Source of the DNA: a virus
Lineage: Duplodnaviria > Caudoviricetes
Length of the DNA stretch: 64,000 nucleotides
Virus record (IMG/VR): IMGVR_UViG_3300031992_000019
Reading direction: 5' to 3' (one strand)
In this document: positions 58,857 to 64,000 of the stretch, one piece after another
Numbering within the stretch: the stretch's first letter is position 1
How the letters are laid out: each line of letters begins with the position of its first letter
Made by a program: the position numbers and the translations under genes
The notes under the pieces: generated by a model
The model's input: only the letters and a program-made list of their open reading frames with translations
Database searches by the model: none
What the model was told of the DNA's origin: nothing

Positions 58857-59762
58857 TCATATAAACAGTTCCGATACATATCTACTTGCAAAAGGCTTTT
58901 GTGTATATATCTTTTCTGCCATTATAGATTGTTTCCCATTTGCCGACATTATACTTCTTAATCCGCACATAGCAATAGGAGCGAAACCTTCTGGCATATC
59001 ATACTCGCTAACAAATATAGGAAAATCCAATGACAATGCCCATTTATAGAAGGCATCGTGGTCAAATGGGCAATTATACTCATTTGTCCCCTTATATGGA
59101 ATATCACAATAGACAACATCGCCTTCTTTTATTTCAATATCACGATAATCGCTTTGCAGACTTTCCAACCTTTGCAGACTTTCCAACCTTTGCAGACTTT
59201 CCAACCTTTGCAGACTTTCCAACATCTCTATTGATTGTAGTCTTTCAACACTACACAATTCCGAATCTCTTCCGACAAGTCCGTTTGCCAAGGTTTTCCA
59301 AGAGGTATATCTTTGTGATATGTCTTTTCCTTTCACTTTACCACTTATGCCTAATTCTTCTGCGGCTTTCATATCGTCATAGAAAATGGCGAAATGTGCG
59401 GCTCTTTTTAAGGCTTCAACATCTCTTCCGTAGGCATACGTCCGTAGGTCGTTGCCGAACGAGAAACAAATTGCCGCATACGCATCGGTGTCTTTCAGTT
59501 TGAAGAAGTCCTCTCGGCTTATCCATCTATCTTCACCCTTGAAGCCTCCGTGAGCCGCGCGAAGAAACGCATCGGGCATCATCCCGTTTATGTCGTTGAT
59601 GAGGAAATCGTGCCACCTTCCGCTTAACATAGCGCAATGTGTGACCGAACATCCACCGCAGAACATATCAACCAGTCTGCGCCCCGTGGGTAGCACACTT
59701 ACCACCCATTCGGCTATCCTTGCCTTACTGCCCTTGTAGGGCATTCCGTATTTTCTTGCCAT
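58857..59762 (-). CDS. Dam-like N6-adenine DNA methyltransferase
   Basis: PYKGSK, DMFCGG, INDI, VYCDIPY. Confidence 0.88.
   Translation of the reverse strand: MARKYGMPYKGSKARIAEWVVSVLPTGRRLVDMFCGGCSVTHCAMLSGRWHDFLINDINGMMPDAFLRAAHGGFKGEDRWISREDFFKLKDTDAYAAICFSFGNDLRTYAYGRDVEALKRAAHFAIFYDDMKAAEELGISGKVKGKDISQRYTSWKTLANGLVGRDSELCSVERLQSIEMLESLQRLESLQRLESLQRLESLQSDYRDIEIKEGDVVYCDIPYKGTNEYNCPFDHDAFYKWALSLDFPIFVSEYDMPEGFAPIAMCGLRSIMSANGKQSIMAEKIYTQKPFASRYVSELFI
59152..59223. repeat. 18-bp tandem repeat x4 (LESLQR)
   Basis: four exact copies of ctttgcagactttccaac. Confidence 0.95.
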
Positions 59763-59919
59763 AGACTATCCCAAGCATATCCAGAGAATCGTAGATACAA
59801 TGATAACCAAGACAACAAAACACCCGATGAGGAACTTCGCGCACCCCCAGAAGAACTGCTTGTCCTCCTCCTCTTGTCTTTTTCGGTCGAGTTCGTACAA
59901 CTCGTCCCAATCGTAATAG

Positions 59920-60468
59920 TTACTTCCCATACCTCGGAACATTACAACCAATGAAATTTCCAAAGACAATCACACACCAATAGGGCAGATAATCCCTCAC
60001 CAACTCCCAGTCCTCCAAGGAGGAGAACATATAGAAGCAGTCGGCTATTGAGTGATAGAATCCGCACGAAATGAACAAGGTTATGCCCCAGATGAGGGGT
60101 AACTTGTTCCCCTCCCTCGCAGCACCCACCACGAAGGTCATTATCATACCGCAGAGAATGGAACGTGTGAAACAAGTAAGATACCCAGCCTCTATCCGCG
60201 TGAAGATGATGTCCGCTCCGTCAAACCCTATCAACAAAGCACCGACAAGACACCCCACGCAGTTCAAGACGAGGGTGAGAACCAATTTTTCCCACTCTTT
60301 TATTGAGGAGTAGTCGAAAAACCCAGCCATACCCGTATATAAGGGGTACTTGTAGTGGATGATGGTCAGTAACCCGAAGGCGAAGAGTACCGCGCCCTCC
60401 AGACCTCCTAATTTCAGATATGCCGCACCTCCCAAGGAGATGCAGATGCCAGCCAATATACCTTTCAT
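59920..60468 (-). CDS. formate/nitrite transporter (FNT)-like membrane protein
   Basis: GILAGICISLG, LFAFGL, LYTG, SILCG, FISCGFYHSIAD, GNFIG. Confidence 0.8.
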   Translation of the reverse strand: MKGILAGICISLGGAAYLKLGGLEGAVLFAFGLLTIIHYKYPLYTGMAGFFDYSSIKEWEKLVLTLVLNCVGCLVGALLIGFDGADIIFTRIEAGYLTCFTRSILCGMIMTFVVGAAREGNKLPLIWGITLFISCGFYHSIADCFYMFSSLEDWELVRDYLPYWCVIVFGNFIGCNVPRYGK

Positions 60469-60534
60469 TTTCCCAAAATGTAAACCTCGAAAAGTAACTT
60501 GATGTATTCGATAAATGATTTCAGTAGTTTCATA

Positions 60535-61083
60535 TTAGAATAGTGTTAGTTGTCCCTCTGGCTCTGGAGGGTAGAATAAAGATTCAAAGATACAAGTGAG
60601 TACATTAACCGTAATAGAGTTGCCGTACAATTTATACATAGCAGAATTACTCAACCCCGAACTCTCCAAGATGTCTATTTGTTCATCATCCACATCTTGC
60701 AAACGTCCGCATTCCCTTGGGGTTAGCTTGCGTATTCTCAACCTTACGGGTGTGATGTCGGTGAGGAACTGGTCTGCCGCATTTCCTTCGGAGATTGTGG
60801 TCAGGAGTTCTGCCCCTTGGAGAATGTGTGTTGCAACCCATTCGTTCTCCTGCTCGGTAAACTTGTTTCTCCACTTTGCGAAAAGTTTGGAGAGAGCATC
60901 CACGAAAGCGGTTGATAGGTTTCTGTCACCCTCTTCGGACAACCTCTGCTGCTCTTCGGAGGTGAGTTTCCAAATCTCCGCAGCCTCCTCTTGGACTTCA
61001 TCGTCACCATACTGTTTCTTCAGTTTCAGATAGCCGATTCTCAAAGCCTTGTTGAGTTCGGAACGATTTTGATGCTTGAACAT
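60535..61083 (-). CDS. C5-cytosine methyltransferase C-terminal subunit (motifs IX-X)
   Basis: IRKLTPRECGRLQ, YKLYGNSITVNVL. Confidence 0.88.
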   Translation of the reverse strand: MFKHQNRSELNKALRIGYLKLKKQYGDDEVQEEAAEIWKLTSEEQQRLSEEGDRNLSTAFVDALSKLFAKWRNKFTEQENEWVATHILQGAELLTTISEGNAADQFLTDITPVRLRIRKLTPRECGRLQDVDDEQIDILESSGLSNSAMYKLYGNSITVNVLTCIFESLFYPPEPEGQLTLF

Positions 61084-61084
61084 A

Positions 61085-61261
61085 TTATATCTCGATTAAA
61101 ATGAATACTTTCGGTTCGTGTGCCGTTGTTACGGTCATTGATTCGTTGTAGGGACTATTTATCTGCAATTCGCTTACCCCTCGCTTGTCTGGAGTGTCCT
61201 GATAGAAACGGATATTCCCATTCGGCATAAACTTCCAGCGGATAGACTCCTTACGTTTCAT
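61085..61261 (-). CDS. TRD-like mini-gene 16 (58 aa)
   Basis: MKRKESIRWKF...SMTVTTAHEPKVFILIEI. Confidence 0.7.
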   Translation of the reverse strand: MKRKESIRWKFMPNGNIRFYQDTPDKRGVSELQINSPYNESMTVTTAHEPKVFILIEI

Positions 61262-61397
61262 AAAGTTCTATTAGTTTCCACCCCGCTCTCAAGGCATTTC
61301 TGCTCCAAGTCTGCGTGAGTGTGCCTATGTAATGTCGCTTTTCTGGGGGAGGTATTACCCCATTGTAGTCATCATAAGGAATATATCTACGTTTCAT
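61251..61397 (-). CDS. TRD-like mini-gene 15 (48 aa)
   Basis: MKRRYIPYDDYN...IGTLTQTWSRNALRAGWKLIELYET. Confidence 0.75.
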   Translation of the reverse strand: MKRRYIPYDDYNGVIPPPEKRHYIGTLTQTWSRNALRAGWKLIELYET

Positions 61398-61533
61398 ATA
61401 TCTCTACAAGTTTCCATCCGTGGCGGGGAGCGGGATTGCCAAACTGCGTGGTTATTGCCCCGATGAGCTTCTGCTCCCAGTTTGGCGGTGATGAATTATA
61501 ATCGTCAAAGGCGGTTATCTTACGTTTCCTCAT
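61387..61533 (-). CDS. TRD-like mini-gene 14 (48 aa)
   Basis: MRKRKITAFDDYN...IGAITTQFGNPAPRHGWKLVEIYET. Confidence 0.75.
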   Translation of the reverse strand: MRKRKITAFDDYNSSPPNWEQKLIGAITTQFGNPAPRHGWKLVEIYET

Positions 61534-61711
61534 ATTCTACAATCAAAGAATCCTTGGTGAAGAAGGTTGTCACGCACGAGCAGACACCATCGTTGCCAGG
61601 ATATGCGTACTTCGCGTTGAATTTCGCCCCGTTCTCTCCGTGGAGATGTCTGCGCTCTCGCTCCTCGTCCGTGCGTTGCCTACGCAAGCCTTGCGCGTCA
61701 AACCTCGTCAT
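61520..61711 (-). CDS. TRD-like mini-gene 13 (63 aa)
   Basis: RTDEERERRH...DGVCSCVTTFFTKDSLIVEYEET. Confidence 0.75.
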   Translation of the reverse strand: MTRFDAQGLRRQRTDEERERRHLHGENGAKFNAKYAYPGNDGVCSCVTTFFTKDSLIVEYEET

Positions 61712-61856
61712 ATCCGATAACCATATAGTCTTTTTGCAGACTTGTTATTGCATTACTTGTCCCACCTCCGCGAATCTCCAACCTTTGTCGGTGTTCGGAG
61801 TTGTGCCAGTCGCCATCGGAGCGACCACGGAACGCGCAGGCTTTAACATTCGTCAT
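61698..61856 (-). CDS. TRD-like mini-gene 12 (52 aa)
   Basis: ACAFRGR...QRLEIRGGGTSNAITSLQKDYMVIGYDEV. Confidence 0.78.
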   Translation of the reverse strand: MTNVKACAFRGRSDGDWHNSEHRQRLEIRGGGTSNAITSLQKDYMVIGYDEV

Positions 61857-62061
61857 AGTATGCTATGTTATATCTGCCAAGCACTTCTCCAGAGCAGATG
61901 GACGGAGCGATGCCGTATATACCGTGGATGCGGTGGGGTTGAGAGTGCATCCGACTATTGAGTATCGAGCCTTCGTTGAAACGGAGTTTGCCGTGTATGA
62001 ATCCGCAGAAGATGTCGTCATTGCTGATGCTACGGATTTCATCGTAGAACATTGTTATCAT
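61843..62061 (-). CDS. TRD-like mini-gene 11 (72 aa)
   Basis: SQPHRIHGIYGIAPSICSG...IAYYDEC. Confidence 0.7.
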   Translation of the reverse strand: MITMFYDEIRSISNDDIFCGFIHGKLRFNEGSILNSRMHSQPHRIHGIYGIAPSICSGEVLGRYNIAYYDEC

Positions 62062-62207
62062 ACCTCATTGTACTCTACCACTCTCATACAAGTTTGGAAT
62101 CCAGTACCCTCCAACGTGTGAACAACGTTCGCCACAACCAAAGGATGAAGATATAGGAGCGACCCCTCCCTATCTCGGACGTGTCCCAAAAGATGTTTAT
62201 GTTTCAT
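62058..62207 (-). CDS. TRD-like mini-gene 10 (49 aa)
   Basis: LGHVRDREG...VANVVHTLEGTG...VVEYNEV. Confidence 0.7.
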   Translation of the reverse strand: MKHKHLLGHVRDREGSLLYLHPLVVANVVHTLEGTGFQTCMRVVEYNEV

Positions 62208-62337
62208 AATACTCTAACACTCCCATCTCTCTTCGCCCACCTTTCGAACAGACAATATTGAGGGAATAGTGGTTGGACGTAAGAAGTGCTGCTGCACATC
62301 CGTCTGCCGTTTCGTTGAATATTCTACGTTTCCTCAT
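62197..62337 (-). CDS. TRD-like mini-gene 9 (46 aa)
   Basis: MRKRRIFNETADGCAAALLTS...MGVLEYYET. Confidence 0.72.
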   Translation of the reverse strand: MRKRRIFNETADGCAAALLTSNHYSLNIVCSKGGRREMGVLEYYET

Positions 62338-62461
62338 ACTCAATAACAAGTTGTCCCCTATCGGACATAGGATTTGCAGGGACGCAGAACGCGATGTCCT
62401 TGTAGGAGTAGTACCCAGCACCCCTATCACCGACCATCTGGCATATCTTATATTTCCTCAT
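62324..62461 (-). CDS. TRD-like mini-gene 8 (45 aa)
   Basis: MRKYKICQMVGDRG...IAFCVPANPMSDRGQLVIEYEET. Confidence 0.72.
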   Translation of the reverse strand: MRKYKICQMVGDRGAGYYSYKDIAFCVPANPMSDRGQLVIEYEET

Positions 62462-62588
62462 ACCTTACGCAAAGCAAAGGAGATTTATAATCGGTCTGCA
62501 ATATCGTTGGCGCGATGTTGAAAGACTCCCTTATCTCGCCGAACTTCTTGAGAGGATTAGGACAAATGGAAGCCTTACTCATTCTCAT
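62448..62588 (-). CDS. TRD-like mini-gene 7 (46 aa)
   Basis: IAPTILQTDYKSPLLCVRYEEI. Confidence 0.72.
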   Translation of the reverse strand: MRMSKASICPNPLKKFGEIRESFNIAPTILQTDYKSPLLCVRYEEI

Positions 62589-62724
62589 AGACTATGATTT
62601 TCGGTTCTACGCCAGAATGACAACCTACTCCGATGGTAGGGCACAAACCCCTCGGATGACACACCACCCCATTTTGTCGGGAATGATAGCAATATCCCAC
62701 AATGATAATCCTACTGCTCGCCAT
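62575..62724 (-). CDS. TRD-like mini-gene 6 (49 aa)
   Basis: RQNGVVCHPRGLCPTIGVGCHSGVEPKIIVYENE. Confidence 0.75.
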   Translation of the reverse strand: MASSRIIIVGYCYHSRQNGVVCHPRGLCPTIGVGCHSGVEPKIIVYENE

Positions 62725-62887
62725 AGACGCTCACGAAGAAATGATTTCTGAACGATATACCCACGCAGATTGTTCCCGCGATGTCATTCGTTATCTGGTT
62801 GTAGTCATCTATCCAAATGTTCGGTCGGTCTATCCTGCCCTCTCTTATCATCTTGTGGAGAGTCTTGCAGCCGTTAATCTTCCGCAT
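62711..62887 (-). CDS. TRD-like mini-gene 5 (58 aa)
   Basis: WIDDYNQ...IAGTICVGISFRNHFFVSVYGEQ. Confidence 0.72.
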   Translation of the reverse strand: MRKINGCKTLHKMIREGRIDRPNIWIDDYNQITNDIAGTICVGISFRNHFFVSVYGEQ

Positions 62888-63044
62888 AGTCGCTCACGAA
62901 AAATATTCCTGCGTCATACCTCGCCCTTATCGTACCAGCATATCCATCAAAGACGATTTGGTTGTAGGTGTCCAGATACTGACCGCCACGAAAGACCTTA
63001 CCGCTCGACAATAGCGATTTCAACCTTGTCCTATCGTTCTTCAT
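62874..63044 (-). CDS. TRD-like mini-gene 4 (56 aa)
   Basis: YLDTYNQ...YAGTIRARYDAGIFFVSDYAED. Confidence 0.72.
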   Translation of the reverse strand: MKNDRTRLKSLLSSGKVFRGGQYLDTYNQIVFDGYAGTIRARYDAGIFFVSDYAED

Positions 63045-63174
63045 ATTCCATTACTGCCGTTGCCCCAAGTCCGTCACTCCTGATGAAGTTCGCGACTCCA
63101 TTCTTGAAATACTGCGCCTTGATGGTTCGTGCCGTACATCCTTCGGCAGGGTTGATGATTCTCTTATTGCTCAT
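63031..63174 (-). CDS. TRD-like mini-gene 3 (47 aa)
   Basis: INPAEGCTARTIKAQYFKNGVANFIRSDGLGATAVMEYEER. Confidence 0.78.
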   Translation of the reverse strand: MSNKRIINPAEGCTARTIKAQYFKNGVANFIRSDGLGATAVMEYEER

Positions 63175-63304
63175 AATACTCCATTGCACCCGTTGCCGCG
63201 AAAGTACCCTCTCTAACGAGGTTGGCGGTGGAGGTCTGCTGATATTGCGCCTTTATAGTTCGACATAAACCTTTCTGGTCATTCAAGGGTTTAACTCTCT
63301 TCAT
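63164..63304 (-). CDS. TRD-like mini-gene 2 (46 aa)
   Basis: PLNDQKGLCRTIKAQYQQTSTANLVREGTFAATGAMEYYEQ. Confidence 0.78.
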   Translation of the reverse strand: MKRVKPLNDQKGLCRTIKAQYQQTSTANLVREGTFAATGAMEYYEQ

Positions 63305-63464
63305 AGGCTATCACCGCAGTCATAGGGAAATGTCCGAGGGAGAGGACATTGGTGTCACCCATACCAGCACCGTATCTTGTCGTGATGGTCGCGGTACATC
63401 CGTCCCTTGTGCAGGGACAGGCCCCGTAATACCCCCCCCTAAATCGGAACAGGTCAATCTTCAT
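63291..63464 (-). CDS. TRD-like mini-gene 1 (57 aa)
   Basis: TRDGCTATITTRYGAG...HFPMTAVIAYEES. Confidence 0.75.
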   Translation of the reverse strand: MKIDLFRFRGGYYGACPCTRDGCTATITTRYGAGMGDTNVLSLGHFPMTAVIAYEES

Positions 63465-64000
63465 GCTGTCTGCGGAAATAGCTCAACATCTTGTCGGAGA
63501 TGAAGTATTTCTCGTCAACCTCGTCCTCAAGGACATCAATCAGGTGTTTCTCCAGAGGGAAAGGCTTGGGGAACGTGTAACGTGGCAGCGGGTCTTCATC
63601 GTCAATACGGATGGAAACCAAGAAGATTCTCTCTCTATTCTGCGGCACGCCGTAACTCTTGGAGTTGAGGATTTCACCGCTTGAATAATAACCCTGCTTT
63701 TCGAGGTAGAGTTGCCAGTCGAGAAAGTAACCACGGAATCGGTTGCTTACAAGGTTCTTCACGTTCTCCATAAGCAGATACTTTGGTTTCTTCTCCTCGA
63801 TTGCTTTTGCGCATACCCAAAGGAGAGAGGAACGTGTGCCGCTATCCTTTTCAAGACCTAACATTTTACCCGCTTGGCTGACATCGGTGCAGGGGAAAGA
63901 GTAAGTGAAAAGGTCGAAATCGGGAACCTTGCTCCAATCAATCTTGCAGATGTCACCGTAATTCTTGTCGGCAGAATCAGGGAACAATGCCTTATGAGCA
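63454..64000 (-). CDS. C5-cytosine methyltransferase N-terminal catalytic subunit (5' end outside window)
   Basis: GDI, YSFPCTDVSQAG (motif IV), MENVK (VI), GVPQNRERIF (VIII), VDEKYF then stop. Confidence 0.92.
   Translation of the reverse strand, partial: AHKALFPDSADKNYGDICKIDWSKVPDFDLFTYSFPCTDVSQAGKMLGLEKDSGTRSSLLWVCAKAIEEKKPKYLLMENVKNLVSNRFRGYFLDWQLYLEKQGYYSSGEILNSKSYGVPQNRERIFLVSIRIDDEDPLPRYTFPKPFPLEKHLIDVLEDEVDEKYFISDKMLSYFRRQHED

Noticed and set aside
60535-63464. Methyltransferase middle region as a decayed pseudogene
   Set aside because: Breaks occur only at module boundaries, each with an ATG overlap, and no module has an internal stop. Not favoured, although it is not formally excluded without reads.

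Overview
64 kb of a large tailed dsDNA phage or prophage of a Bacteroidales (Prevotella/Bacteroides-like) host. This assignment is inferred from the many TAnnTTTG promoter elements, AT-rich leaders and gene families. No integrase, capsid gene, rRNA or CRISPR array was seen. The window carries replication and nucleotide genes (thyA, MazG-like, ECF sigma, NinG, O-like initiator with iterons, SF2 helicase), two tRNAs, TerS/TerL/portal, a tail/adhesin block and a DNA-methyltransferase cluster. Three things stand out. (1) About 20 small basic paralogues beginning MATR(R/K)K..S..D...Q..RI, 17 of them ending in Gly, lie upstream of the terminase genes. They are interleaved with a PP-loop (PAPS-reductase-like) enzyme, a ParB-like protein, a JAB-like protein and an HExxH protease, and three ASCH genes lie nearby. 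This is a candidate C-terminal-glycine conjugation or virion-cargo system. (2) A C5 DNA methyltransferase is split into N- and C-terminal genes, with its variable region encoded as 16 separate, overlapping 45-72 aa mini-genes that each resemble one target-recognition domain. (3) A tRNA-shaped RNA has an enlarged anticodon arm carrying a perfect 22-nt antisense to the adjacent HTH gene. Two related 137-aa mini-inteins also sit in the Walker A motifs of the helicase and the terminase. All calls come from reading the sequence by eye; no database searches were run.
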